Shown piece by piece: positions 36,762 to 47,134 of a DNA stretch of 64,000 nt. The stretch is taken from the NCBI GenBank assembly GCA_963718995.1, contig CAVRAP010000006.1:5795-69794 (forward strand). Direction: 5' to 3'. Every line of letters starts with the position of its first letter. Position 1 is the first letter of the stretch. Under the pieces are notes generated by a model. It saw only the letters and a program-made list of their open reading frames with translations. It was not told the origin of the DNA and made no database searches. Source of the stretch: an uncultured Actinomycetota bacterium. GTDB taxonomy: Bacteria > Actinomycetota > Acidimicrobiia > Spongiisociales > UBA4744. The position numbers and the translations under genes were made by a program.

Positions 36762-38154
36762 ATGACTGATGGCTTTTCTCTGAAGCAGCGACTGATCGAA
36801 CAGATCCGGGTTGAGGGTCCGATGCCGTTCGAGGATTTCATGGCGGCAGCCCTCTATGACCCCGAGGATGGGTTCTTCACGTCCAAGTCTCTGCGGTCCG
36901 TCAAGTCCGGCGATTTCCTGACCAGCCCCGAAGTAAGCCCCCTCTTCGGCGAAACCCTCGCCAAGTTCGTAGACCAGGAACTCTCCACCCTCCCCCTCAC
37001 CCCCTCCCGCCGGCGGGAGGGGGAAAGAGAAACGACGCCCCGCCGCCCACGCCGGGGCAGGTGCCCTGACCGCGCGGGTCGATGCGCAGAACTCCCTCTC
37101 CCGCTGGCGGGAGAGGGTTGGGGAGAGGGTGGAAGAGGCCGCACGGAAGAAGACAGTCTCCAGCCAGGAAGACACCCCAGACTACGTCCTCCCCCGGCTC
37201 TGCCGGGGGAGGTGGCCCGGCCCAAAGGGCCGGGTCGGAGGGGGCAGGTCCCCGAACAGTCCGATCGAGAGCAGGACTCCCTCTCCCGCTGGCGGGAGAG
37301 GGTTGGGGAGAGGGTGGAACCAACCCCGCTCCTCGTCGAGGTCGGAGCCGGTTCCGGGTCGCTCCTCAAACCCCTCCTCGCCACCCTCGAGACCCCGATC
37401 GAGCCCTGGGCCGTCGAGGCATCCCCGGCCGCTCGTGAGGCTCTGGGAGAGCTGATCGATCCCGACCACATCGTCCGCACCCTCGACGATCTGCCCGACC
37501 ACTTCTCCGGCGTCGTGGTCGCCAACGAACTCCTGGACAATCTGCCGGTCGCCATCGCCGTCCGCACCGGTCATGGCTGGACGGAACGCTGGGTAGGAGT
37601 CCAAGACGATGATCTGGTCCTCGTCCCCGTCGACGCTCGCCCCGAGGTCGCCGACATGGGCCGAGCAATTCGGCCTCCCCGCCCCCGAACGAGGCCTGGT
37701 CGAGGTGCAACTGGCCGCAGCGGAGTGGCTGCAATCGATCCTGACCCGTCTCGACTCGGGAACGATCCTGTTGATCGACTACGGCGACACCGCCGAGAAC
37801 CTGGAGAAGCGGCGGGTGGAGGGAACCCTCCGCACCTACCGGGCCCACCACCTCGGCCCCCACCCCCTCGACGAACCGGGAGAGACCGACATCACCGCCG
37901 ACGTCAACTTCACGGCGCTGATCGATCGAGCCGTGCAACTGGGAGCGAGCATCGAGTACCACCGCCAGGACGACTTCCTCGACCAGTTCGGGTTGCGAGC
38001 CCGCCTCAGCAAACTCCGCCACCAAGAACTGGACCTGGCCCGCGACGGCGACCCGATGGAGCGATTGAAGGTGCGGTCCACCCGGACCGAAGCCGAGACG
38101 CTGCTCCACCCGCGTGGCCTGGGCGACTTCCGTGTCCTGGTGGTCCGAAAGTGA
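36762..38154 (+). CDS. MidA/NDUFAF7-like SAM-dependent methyltransferase (DUF185), interrupted in frame by a repeat insertion and carrying an apparent frameshift near 37660
   Basis: N-terminal 'PMPFEDFMAAALYDPEDGFFTSK...GDFLTSPEVSPLFGE', SAM site 'LVEVGAGSGSL' and a C-terminal part in ORF 37609..38154. The 606-aa ORF 36762..38582 is the N-terminal part followed by an out-of-frame run-on. Confidence 0.65.
36990..37330. repeat. three copies of a GC-rich palindromic element (core cctctcccgc-tg-gcgggagagg) inserted in frame in the MidA-like gene
   Basis: 'ctccctctcccgctggcgggagagggttggggagagggtggaa' occurs at about 37086 and about 37270. A variant 'ccctcccgccggcgggaggggg' occurs at about 37005. 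The insert translates to 'LPLPLAGEGWGEGG'. Confidence 0.8.
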
Positions 38155-38204
38155 GGGGCCGCCCAACTGGGCGGCCCCTCGACGATTGTTGGTTTGAGCG
38201 ATGC

Positions 38205-40430
38205 TTACGGCGTAAGCAACAGGGCTGCGTCGGCGGTGATGAACCCTGCACCGTCGGCGTCGCCAGCGTCACCTTTGGCAACACCCCAACAAATCTCCTC
38301 CGAAGCCCCCGAAGGTTCGAGGAGCACGGTCCTGCAACCATATTCCATCCCAATGGCAGCCTCCTCAAGGATGGTTTCGACCTCCCACTGTTCGAGTCCC
38401 GGGTTCTTCTGCAGCATGAGGGCTGCGATGCCGGCAACGTGGGGGCTGGCCATCGACGTGCCTCCGAGGAAGAAGTAATTCGTCTTTCCCCGGTTCAGTT
38501 GGTAGGGGCCGACGACCCACGACCCGGGGAGCGGCCACATCCAGATCCTGACCATCTAGCTCCCGACTGGAGAAGTCGGTGATGTAGTAGTCGCCAACGT
38601 CCGTCGGGTCCGCAACGTTCACGTTCCACCACCAGGAGCGATTCCCATCTGGCCACTCGCCAACCCAGCCGCTGGCCGCGACCGAGATCACCGGTTCGTA
38701 GGCACCCGGATAACCCATTCCGAGGTTGCCCTCGTTGCCTGCCGATGTGACGACAATCACTCCGTTCTCAATGGCGTAGTCGTTGGCTGCCCTCTCTACG
38801 GGCTCCTGGACAGGACCGCCGAGACTCATGTTGATGACGACTGGGCCGTCGAGGACACCATCCTTCTTCAAGTTGGCGACGTAGGTAATGCCAGCCGCTA
38901 CCACCGATGACCCCCATCCGGAGCCATTGTCGCGGCACTGTGACCGGGATGACCGTCGCCATCGGGGCTACGCCGTTGATCGGCGTGCCGCCCAGGCTGT
39001 AGCCCAGGATGGTGCTGGTCACGTGGGTGCCATGCGAGTTGGTGTCATGTTCCCACTTATTGGGCTGTTCGGAGATGTTTCCCTGCCCTCCTCCACCGCC
39101 GCCAAATGACTTCGCCAGGTCGGTCGCGATCCGCTCTTCGGGGAGGTTGCCCCACGTGTGCCATATACCACCGGTGTCGATCACGGACGTCAACGGCGTT
39201 GACCACGACTGGAATAACGCTTGGTAGAGCCCTGCGATTCCTTCAGGGGCGGTACGTTCCATCAGAGGAAGGAAGTCGCTGGGGACTGCCGTCTGCGCCA
39301 CCGATAGAGCCGTTCGCGACCTGATGATTGACCCTCAATGAACGGCTTGTCACCACCGTTGCTGCGAAGAAACCGTCAGATCCCGAAGGATGCTGCAGCA
39401 TTCACAGCGGCGGAGAGGTCATCGTCGATGGCTGACCGTAGCTCGAACCGAGGGACATGTTGATGGTGTCGATCAGGTCCTTGGCTTTACGGTCCACGTC
39501 GGGTCGACTGCGAACTCCATGCCCTGGATGAGCGCAATTCCCGAGCAAGATGTCGAAACGGACGAGCAAACCTTCACGGCGTACAGCTCGACTCCTGGAG
39601 CAACGCCGTTTTCGCCGCCGATGATGTCGGCGACATGGGTTCCGTGTCCGCCTCCGGGTCCGTCATCCGGCGGATAACGTCATCTGGTTCCTCGAGCGCG
39701 TTGCCCCTACCAACCCAGTTGGATCCAACGAAGTCGTAGCCTCCGACAACCTTGGCGGTCGGGAACGTGCCATCTTCGACCACTGTCGGGTTGTCGTTGG
39801 CGAAGTCGATACATCAGCTGGATTGCCAATGGGGTGCCACCGAGGGCGGCGTGGTAGTAGTCGATGCCGCTGTCGAGCACCGCGACCTTGACTCCAGATC
39901 CGTCGACGCCAGCGTTCTGAACGGCTGCTGCCGCCGATATAGGGAACCGTTTCGCTCAGGTCGAGTTCGTAATTGCCAACTTCCTTGATTCGCAGCAGAC
40001 CGATGAGTCGGAAGCCAGGTCGGTGAGCTGAGCAGCGTCGATCTTACGAACACTGCGTTTAGGACTCTCTGCGTACCGGCGAGCTCCTTGGCACCTGTCG
40101 CCGTCTCAGGCTGGCCAGGAATTGGTCTGCTCTTGCTGGGACCTCAACGAGGGCTTGCCGCGGCCACGGCTTGCCGCACTCGGCCACGGAGGCCGGTGAG
40201 CGCTCAACCTGATGCTGACGTCAATCTCGCCCGCGTCGCTCGACTCGAGAACGTCTTGTCGGCGGCGCTGGCCGTTATCGGCGAGTCCAGTTTGAGACCT
40301 CATCGAATCTGGCTCGATCGACTCGATCGGTGCTGCCTCTTCGCTCCGACGGTACGGCGAGTGCCAACATGGTCAAGAGCGCGACGATCAGTACAACGAA
40401 ACGTTTCACGAGATGCCCTCCTCGTATCTC
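38205..40430 (-). pseudogene. subtilisin-like (S8) serine protease, disrupted by multiple frameshifts
   Basis: The catalytic triad is split across frames: 'VIDTGG' and 'HGTHVTS' in 38768..39301, and 'GTSMASPHVAG' in 38205..38555. A putative signal peptide 'KRFVVLIVALLTMLALAVPSE' sits in 40275..40553. At least four frame changes. Confidence 0.55.
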
Positions 40431-40576
40431 TTCCCCGATTTCCGGGGGCCCTCCCAGGCCCACTTTTTTCACCCTAGTCCAAGAAATCGATGGCTGCTTT
40501 CTGCGTTTTCGCGACCACCCATTCACAAAGGCGCATGCGATATCCCATCGCACAATCTCGCCATCTCATTACCATC

Positions 40577-41440
40577 ATGGGCACGATGAACAACTTGAAA
40601 ACCTTTGGATTGTTGGCCTTCATGAGCGCCCTGGTGGTGCTCGTTGCCCAGGCATTCGGGGCCACGTGGTGGATCGGGCTTGGCTTCGCCGGCGTCCTCA
40701 ACTTCTTCGTCTACTTCTTCTCGGCCAAGATGGCGCTGGCCGCCAGCCGGGCCAAACCGGTCGAAGAGCACGAACTGCCGCAGGTGTACGCCATTGTGCG
40801 GAACCTGGCCACGCAGACCAACATGCCGATGCCGAAGATCTACGTGATCGACTCCCCGCAGCCCAACGCCTTCGCCACCGGCCGCAACCCCAAGAACGCC
40901 GCCGTGGCCGTCACCTCCGGCATCCTGCAGCTGATGACCTACGAGGAACTCGAAGGCGTGCTCGCCCACGAACTGGCCCACGTCCGCAACCGCGACATCC
41001 TGATCTCGTCGATCGCCGCGATGCTGGCGGCCGCTCTCTCGATCTTCGCCCGGATGGCTTTCTGGGGTGGGATGGGACGGCGGCGGGGTAATGACGCGCT
41101 CAGCGGGATCGTCACCATCCTCAGCCTGATCCTCGCTCCGATCGCCGCCATGCTGATCAGGTTGGCGATCTCCCGGGCCCGCGAGTACCAGGCCGATGCC
41201 TCCGGGGTAGCCATCACCGGACAGCCGCTCAACCTGGCCAGCGCTCTCCGCAAACTGGAGATCGGTACCTCCCGGATCCCGATGAACGTCAACCCGGCCG
41301 TCAGCCAGCTGTTCATCGCCGACCCGCTCAAAGCGTTCGGCAAGCGCGGGGGCGGTGGGGGATTGGGTCGCATGTTCGCCACCCACCCGCCGATCGAGGA
41401 TCGGGTACGGCGTCTCGAAGAGATGCAGTACAACATCTAG
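40577..41440 (+). CDS. htpX: zinc metalloprotease HtpX (M48)
   Basis: 'HELAHVRNRD' zinc motif, four TM segments and the C-terminal 'ATHPPIEDRVRRL'. Confidence 0.85.
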   Translation: MGTMNNLKTFGLLAFMSALVVLVAQAFGATWWIGLGFAGVLNFFVYFFSAKMALAASRAKPVEEHELPQVYAIVRNLATQTNMPMPKIYVIDSPQPNAFATGRNPKNAAVAVTSGILQLMTYEELEGVLAHELAHVRNRDILISSIAAMLAAALSIFARMAFWGGMGRRRGNDALSGIVTILSLILAPIAAMLIRLAISRAREYQADASGVAITGQPLNLASALRKLEIGTSRIPMNVNPAVSQLFIADPLKAFGKRGGGGGLGRMFATHPPIEDRVRRLEEMQYNI

Positions 41441-41463
41441 GGGCCCCGTTAGGGTCTCGGGAC

Positions 41464-41988
41464 ATGGCTGCATTTGAGGTCTCTCTCGAAACCGGAGCGG
41501 TGATCGCCGCGTTCGCCGGAGTGCTGGGCGGCCTCTGGGGAGGACTGATCAGTGTGCGGGCTGCCACCCGCGGACCGCAATGGGCTCTCGACCATTTGAA
41601 GAAGTGGAATCCGATTCTGCTTGCACTCGTCGTGGTCAGTGTCGCCGTGATGTTCCTGGTGTCGCCCGGTTGGGTCGGGGTCAGCCTTGTCTATGTCACC
41701 GGGATCATTGCCTGGATGGCCCGCAGCGTCTCCAAGAGCTTGGCAAGGGTGCGGGCCGCCGGAGCGTTCGAGCCGATTCCGGCCGACCGTCAGGCGGCCA
41801 TCCTCCTCCGGGCGGCTCGATGGTTGCTGATCGGCGGCGCCGCCATCGTGGTGGTAGCGATCGTCGACTACACCTGGCGGGGTTGGCCGGCCGCCTTCGA
41901 CCTCATCCTGGCCGCGGCCCTCCTGGTGCCGGGATTCCGGATCAAAAAACAGGGGGAAGAGCTGGCGGGTCAGGTGGAGGGGGAGTAG
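41464..41988 (+). CDS. hypothetical membrane protein (4 TM helices)
   Basis: Hydrophobic helices. No motif. Confidence 0.4.
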   Translation: MAAFEVSLETGAVIAAFAGVLGGLWGGLISVRAATRGPQWALDHLKKWNPILLALVVVSVAVMFLVSPGWVGVSLVYVTGIIAWMARSVSKSLARVRAAGAFEPIPADRQAAILLRAARWLLIGGAAIVVVAIVDYTWRGWPAAFDLILAAALLVPGFRIKKQGEELAGQVEGE

Positions 41989-42039
41989 GGCGCGTCGAAC
42001 GCGGTCGTGCTCTGTTCATTCCCCGACCCCAGTGGTTGC

Positions 42040-42350
42040 GCCGCTGCGGTACTTGCCACCCTCTCCGCGTCGCCGCCTGTGGCAGCGACGCGCCTCTCCC
42101 GCTTGCGGGAGAGGCTGGGAAGGCGTGGTGTGTGTTGGTTGGGTGGGGCGGTCTCGCGGGAGGATGTCTTGCCACCCTCTCCGCTTCGCCGCCTGTGGCA
42201 GCGACGCGCCTCTCCCGCTTGCGGGAGAGGCTGGGAAGGCGGGGTGTGTGTTGGTTGGGTGGGGCGGTCTCGCGGGAGGATGTCTTTTCACCCTCTCCGC
42301 TTCGCCGCCTGTGGCAGCGACGTGCCTCTCCCGCCGGCGGGAGAGGCAAG
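42040..42350. repeat. tandem array (~2.7 x 118 bp) of GC-rich palindromic element containing cctctcccgc-tt-gcgggagagg
   Basis: Unit 'caccctctccgc.tcgccgcctgtggcagcgacgcgcctctcccgcttgcgggagaggctgggaaggcg.ggtgtgtgttggttgggtggggcggtctcgcgggaggatgtctt' is repeated. Confidence 0.85.
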
Positions 42351-42364
42351 GCAATGGGCTGTTG

Positions 42365-43100
42365 TTACCTGGTGGGGACTTCGATGGTGTAGGTGCCGTT
42401 GCCGGGGATGAACCAGGCCGCCTGGGCTCCGTATTGACGGAGTCCTTCGACCAGCACCCGGGCGCCGGGTGTTCCGTCGGCTCCAACAATGAGCAAGTCT
42501 CCCCTCGGTGTCGGAGACCAGGACCCAGGCGCCGTCTGGCGACCATTGCGCCTCGACGAAGCTGTAGTCGGCTGGAGCACCCTCGACGGAGAGAATGGTC
42601 TGATCGGAGCCGTCGACGCGCACGATCACCGACGTTGCTCCATCCCGGCTGCCTTCGATGCGAACCCGGGCGCCGTCGGGGCGTTCTGTCCTCGTATCCG
42701 ACGGATAGGGGAGTGGTACCGTCGGGTCGGGTTGATTGCCCTGGGGAACCCGGTCAACCTCCGTTCCGGTGCTCGGGTCGATCAGCAGGTAGGTGGGTTC
42801 TGCGTTGTAGTCGAGGACTACGAGCAGGCCGTCGGCGGTCCAGGAGGGGTACTCAACGTAGTTCATGCTGCACCAGACTTCCCGGGTGTCGCCCCCGGAA
42901 GCGGGCACAGTCGTCAAACACTGCGTGTCGCCGAATTCCACATACGCAACGGTGCCGGGAATCGACGGGTCGGGTTGGTCGGTGAGGGACGGGAAATCGG
43001 GCAGCGGGATGACGCCGAAAACGAAGATGACCGCCGTCACCACGGCCAGCACCGACACAGCCCCCACGATCGAAACGATGGCCCGTCGCTCCGGTTTCAT
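42365..43100 (-). CDS. membrane-anchored beta-propeller (TolB/WD40-like) protein, apparent frameshift near 42500
   Basis: N-terminal TM helix and repeated 'DG' beta-strand segments. ORFs 42288..43100 and 42365..42580 join as '...LVSDTEGRL/LIVGADGTPGARVLVEGL'. Confidence 0.45.
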
Positions 43101-44051
43101 GACTGTTCCTCCATGTCGGGTTCAGCAACGACTTCGGTGCGTAAGCGGGCAACCAGCAGGGCCGCACCCAGGAGCACGACACCGGTCAAGAAGAGCGCCA
43201 GGGGAACTCCGATCGTGTCGCCGAAATACTCGAAGATGATCTGGGGCACGAAGATGAAGAGGCTACCGGCGCCGAAGCCCAGCAGGACGGTGTTCCGCAA
43301 ACCGACACTGAAGGCAAGAAGGGCGCCGGCCGTCGCCAGACCCAGCAACAAGGGCCAGGCGTTGTCACCGGAACGCATGACCTGCGGGCCGATCACTGCG
43401 GCGAACGACCCGAGCGCATAGGCGGTGATCTGCGGCTTGAGGTGATTGCCCCAGGCCAGGAACAGCCAGGCGATTCCGATTGCCCAGACGGCCAGGCCGT
43501 AGTACTCCTGAGGCGGTTGGTCGAGGTGAGCCAGCAGGGTCAGCGAGGTGGCCGACGGCGGCCCCGCCCAGGAGGATCTGCTGCAGGCTGCGAGGGGACA
43601 GGCGGTAGAGGACGTAGCCGATCGCCAGGCCGGACGCCGACGCTATGAGCGCGGTGGTCTCTTCCTTCATGTCGAGAACGTCGTTGGCCAGCAAGCCAAA
43701 GAAGAACGCCACGCCAACCGTTGCCAGAGCCCACGAGAAGCTCGCCAGGCGGTGGATGGCTTCGTTCTGGTTGTCCTTGACGAACCAACCGGCCGCGAGA
43801 AACGCGATGGTGCCGGCACCGACCAACAACAAACGGGCCCAGGTCTCGAGGTCCGGCCAGAACTCGCCGGCCAGAATGAAGGCGGCGATCAGGGCCAGGG
43901 AACCGCCCAGGTATCCGAGTACCTCTGCGATCAAAGGGACCCGACGTTCGTCGGTCGGTGCCGCCTCGTGAGAACGGATCGCCGTTGCCTGGTCTTGGTC
44001 GATCAGTCCAGCTGCGACCCACTCGCGAAGGCTGGTAACAAGATCTTTCAC
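43097..44051 (-). CDS. polytopic membrane protein, apparent frameshift near 43560
   Basis: ORFs 43365..44051 and 43097..43396 are both strongly hydrophobic and contiguous. The N-terminal cytoplasmic domain is followed by 8 or more TM helices. Confidence 0.45.
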
Positions 44052-44240
44052 GGGTGCCCTCCGATGTGGTGGTCTTTTCTCTCCTCATGGTTCCACCAAA
44101 GGACGAGTCCAACCATCGGGGAGTACCCTGATATCGAAAGCGGTGGAAAGGACGCAGCGGAACACGGCGGAGGTGGTCTGCATTTGGGGAGAGCGCCGGT
44201 GGCGCTAATCTACCTGCCGCCTGAAGTGCGCTTCGGGCAT

Positions 44241-44322
44241 GCCGGGATGCCCGAGCGGCCAAAGGGAGCAGACTGTAAATCTGCCGGCAATGCCTTCGGA
44301 GGTTCAAATCCTTCTCCCGGCA
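44241..44322 (+). tRNA. tRNA-Tyr (GTA), long variable arm
   Basis: Acceptor gccggga/tctcccggc, D-arm 'cccgagcggccaaaggg', anticodon loop 'gactgtaaatc', extra arm 'gccggcaatgccttcgga' and T-loop 'ggttcaaatcc'. Confidence 0.85.
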
Positions 44323-44415
44323 CCTGGCGCCCAGCGCCTCCTTGAGCCAGGCTCAAGTAAGTTAAAAAAGGCGGAGAATCGCTTGCGATTCTCCAACCTG
44401 AACTCGAAGGTTCAG

Positions 44416-44488
44416 GCCCCCTTAGCTCAGCTGGCAGAGCGCCGCCATGGTAAGGCGGAGGTCTCCGGTTCAATTCCGGAAGGGGGCT
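44416..44488 (+). tRNA. tRNA-Thr (GGT)
   Basis: Acceptor gccccct/agggggc, D-arm 'gctcagctggcagagc', anticodon loop 'ccatggtaagg' and T-arm 'tccggttcaattccgga'. Confidence 0.85.
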
Positions 44489-44582
44489 CGAAGCGGCGAC
44501 CGAAACTCGTCGTGACACGGGCTTGGCCAAGGGCGACGAAGCGCCGCAGGCGGTTCGTCCAACCTGAAGCGAAGCTTCAGGC

Positions 44583-44656
44583 GGCGGCGTAGCTCAGTTG
44601 GTAAGAGCGCTCGACTCATAATCGAGAGGTCGGCAGTTCAAGTCTGCCCGCCGCTA
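44583..44656 (+). tRNA. tRNA-Met (CAT), elongator type
   Basis: Acceptor ggcggcg/cgccgct, anticodon loop 'gactcataatc' and T-arm 'ggcagttcaagtctgcc'. The anticodon stem lacks three consecutive G-C pairs, so it is not an initiator. Confidence 0.8.
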
Positions 44657-44696
44657 CGACAGGAACTGACGGGAACGGAAGAAGGAAGGTACCCCC

Positions 44697-45887
44697 ATGG
44701 GCAAGGCGAAGTTTGAGCGGACGAAGCCGCATGTGAATGTTGGGACGATGGGTCATATTGATCATGGGAAGACGACGTTGACGGCGGCGATTACGAAGGT
44801 TTTGCATGAGGCGAATGATTCGGTTGCGTTTACGTCGTTTGATGAGATTGATAAGGCGCCGGAGGAGCGTGAGCGGGGGATCACGATTCAGATTGCTCAT
44901 GTTGAGTATGAGACGGATGCTCGTCATTACGCGCATGTGGATATGCCGGGTCATGCTGATTACATCAAGAACATGATTACGGGTGCTGCTCAGATTGATG
45001 GGGCGATTTTGGTGGTGTCGGCGGCGGATGGTCCGATGCCCCAGACGCGGGAGCATGTGTTGTTGGCCCGTCAGGTTGGGGTGCCTTATATCGTGGTGTA
45101 TTTGAATAAGGTCGATCAGGTTGATGATCCGGAGTTGTTGGATTTGGTTGAGTTGGAGGTTCGGGATTTGTTGACGGAGTATGAGTTCCCCGGGGATGAG
45201 ATTCCGGTGGTGCGGGGTTCGGCTTTGGCGGCGTTGACGGGTGGTGATGATGCGGCGGTTGCTTCGATTATGGAGTTGATGGCGGCGGTTGATGATTATG
45301 TGCCGACGCCGGAGCGTCCTTTGGATCGTCCGTTCCAGATGCCGATTGAGGATGTGTTCTCGATTACGGGTCGGGGGACGGTGGTGACGGGTCGGATTGA
45401 GCAGGGGGTTGTGAAGGTTGGTGAAGAGGTTGAGATTGTGGGGATCCGGCCGACTCGCAAGACCGTAGCGACGGGTGTGGAGATGTTCCGCAAGCTTTTG
45501 GATGAGGGTCGTGCGGGTGACAATGTTGGGGTGTTGTTGCGGGGGGTTGGGAAGGATGATGTGGAGCGGGGTCAGGTGTTAGCGAAGCCTGGTTCGATTA
45601 CTCCGCATACGACGTTTGAGGCAACGGTGTATGTGTTGACTCGGGAGGAGGGTGGTCGTCATAACCCGTTTTTCCCGGGGTATCGCCCGCAGTTTTATTT
45701 CCGGACGACGGATGTGACTGGGTCGGTGACGTTACCGGAGGGTACGGAGATGGTGATGCCGGGTGATAACACGACGATGACGGTTGAGTTGATTACGACT
45801 ATCGCGATGGATGAGGGTCAGAAGTTCGCGATTCGTGAAGGAGGCCGCACCGTCGGCGCCGGAACCGTAACCAAAATCATCGCCTAG
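44697..45887 (+). CDS. tuf: elongation factor Tu
   Basis: '[10 protein letters not shown]', 'DMPGHADY' and 'NKVD'. 396 aa. Confidence 0.97.
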   Translation: MGKAKFERTKPHVNVGTMGHIDHGKTTLTAAITKVLHEANDSVAFTSFDEIDKAPEERERGITIQIAHVEYETDARHYAHVDMPGHADYIKNMITGAAQIDGAILVVSAADGPMPQTREHVLLARQVGVPYIVVYLNKVDQVDDPELLDLVELEVRDLLTEYEFPGDEIPVVRGSALAALTGGDDAAVASIMELMAAVDDYVPTPERPLDRPFQMPIEDVFSITGRGTVVTGRIEQGVVKVGEEVEIVGIRPTRKTVATGVEMFRKLLDEGRAGDNVGVLLRGVGKDDVERGQVLAKPGSITPHTTFEATVYVLTREEGGRHNPFFPGYRPQFYFRTTDVTGSVTLPEGTEMVMPGDNTTMTVELITTIAMDEGQKFAIREGGRTVGAGTVTKIIA

Positions 45888-45980
45888 GTCCCGCCGCCGG
45901 GCGGCGGGGCGTACTTCGTACGGATCGAAGTACCAGGTACGAAGTACAAGATACGTGAACGAGCGAAGCGAGCGAACCTT

Positions 45981-46142
45981 ATGGCTTCTGACAAACGACC
46001 GCCTTTGACTCTTGCTTGTGAAGAGTGCAAGCGGCGCAACTACGTGACAACCAAGAGCAAGTCGAACACCAGAGACCGGTTGGAACTGAACAAGTTCTGT
46101 CCCTGGTGCCGATCACACACCAAGCACAGGGAGACTCGCTGA
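45981..46142 (+). CDS. rpmG: 50S ribosomal protein L33
   Basis: 53 aa '[53 protein letters not shown]' with four Zn-ribbon cysteines. Below the ORF-list length threshold. Confidence 0.85.
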   Translation: MASDKRPPLTLACEECKRRNYVTTKSKSNTRDRLELNKFCPWCRSHTKHRETR

Positions 46143-46218
46143 CGTCTCCGGCGGAAGGGCCCCGTCGGGCTGCTAGCGTGCAGCTTCGAAGTTCCTGCGG
46201 GTGGAGTAGCGGACCTTT

Positions 46219-46250
46219 GACTTCAGGGTGGGCGTTGCCCACCCTGAAGC
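46219..46250. terminator. 12-bp perfect stem-loop (cttcagggtgggc-gttg-cccaccctgaag)
   Basis: Read directly. Lies between rpmG and the dehydratase gene. No T-run follows, so it may be an attenuator or processing site. Confidence 0.45.
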
Positions 46251-46266
46251 TTTGAGGAGGGAAGTG

Positions 46267-47130
46267 ATGCCACTCGAGTCTTTGGTGGGGAGAACTTTCG
46301 GTCCCCATCCCTTCCGGGTCTGTTCCGACAAGGTCGCCGAGTTCGTGGTGGCCACCGGAGACGATCCGAAACGTTGGACTCGCTTCGCTCCTCCTGCCTT
46401 TGCAGCGGTTGCGCTGTTCGCTGTGGCGCCGGCTTTTCTCGACGATGACGATGTTGTGCCTTACACGCGGGTACTCGTCCACACAGACCAGACGTTTCGC
46501 TGGCATCTTCCCTGGTCCATCGAGGATCCCATGTCTGTGCAGGGAAGCGTCGAACAGGTGCGGACGCGCAGCGCAGGGAGCTTCGTCTCCTTCGCTATGA
46601 CGGTCGACAACGACACAAGCGAGCGAGTCCTCGACTCGCGATCAACGTTCCTGATGTCCTCGCAGACCCCGGACGCAGCCCCGGCGGACGAACCGGAGCC
46701 ACCGGTCCGTAGCAAGTCCCGCGACAAACCTCCGGGTCGGATTCCACTTCCGGCGATAGGTGAGTCCTTTCCGGCTCTCGAAAAGTCGGCCAGTCGGGCA
46801 GACCTCGTGCGTTACGCCGGAGCGACCCGGGATTGGAACCCGATCCACTTTGACCACAATGCCGCCCGTGGCGCCGGACTTCCCGGTATGGTCGTGCACG
46901 GATTGCTGATGGCGGCGTGGGCTACCCAGGCCGGCACCCGGATGGTCGACCATCCCTTGCCGCTTGCCGAAGCCCGGTTCCGGTTCCGAACTCCCCTCCG
47001 TCCGGGCGAACCGGCCACCGTCATCGGTGTCGTCGAAAGCGACGACGACAAAACGGTCGGGCTCAAGGTGCAGGTCGTTGCGGATCAGATCGAGCGGGTC
47101 GGATCCACGATGTTCCTGCGAAAGGCGTAA
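46267..47130 (+). CDS. MaoC-like (R)-specific hydratase/dehydratase, fused double hot-dog (HadAB-like)
   Basis: N-terminal pseudo-hotdog plus C-terminal catalytic hotdog 'DWNPIHFDHNAARGAGLPGMVVHG'. Its position between rpmG and tRNA-Trp/secE matches the actinobacterial had locus. Confidence 0.75.
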   Translation: MPLESLVGRTFGPHPFRVCSDKVAEFVVATGDDPKRWTRFAPPAFAAVALFAVAPAFLDDDDVVPYTRVLVHTDQTFRWHLPWSIEDPMSVQGSVEQVRTRSAGSFVSFAMTVDNDTSERVLDSRSTFLMSSQTPDAAPADEPEPPVRSKSRDKPPGRIPLPAIGESFPALEKSASRADLVRYAGATRDWNPIHFDHNAARGAGLPGMVVHGLLMAAWATQAGTRMVDHPLPLAEARFRFRTPLRPGEPATVIGVVESDDDKTVGLKVQVVADQIERVGSTMFLRKA

Positions 47131-47134
47131 CGCA

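Noticed and set aside
38155-38582. C-terminal 140 codons of the 606-aa ORF 36762..38582
   Set aside because: Out-of-frame run-on after the frameshift in the MidA-like gene. The in-frame C-terminus of MidA is ORF 37609..38154, and the run-on overlaps the subtilase remnant on the other strand.
44583-44656. tRNA-Met(CAT) as initiator tRNA-fMet
   Set aside because: The anticodon stem (ctcga/tcgag) lacks the three consecutive G-C pairs, and the 1-72 pair is not the initiator-type mismatch pattern. It is called elongator Met (tRNA-Ile2/lysidine cannot be excluded).
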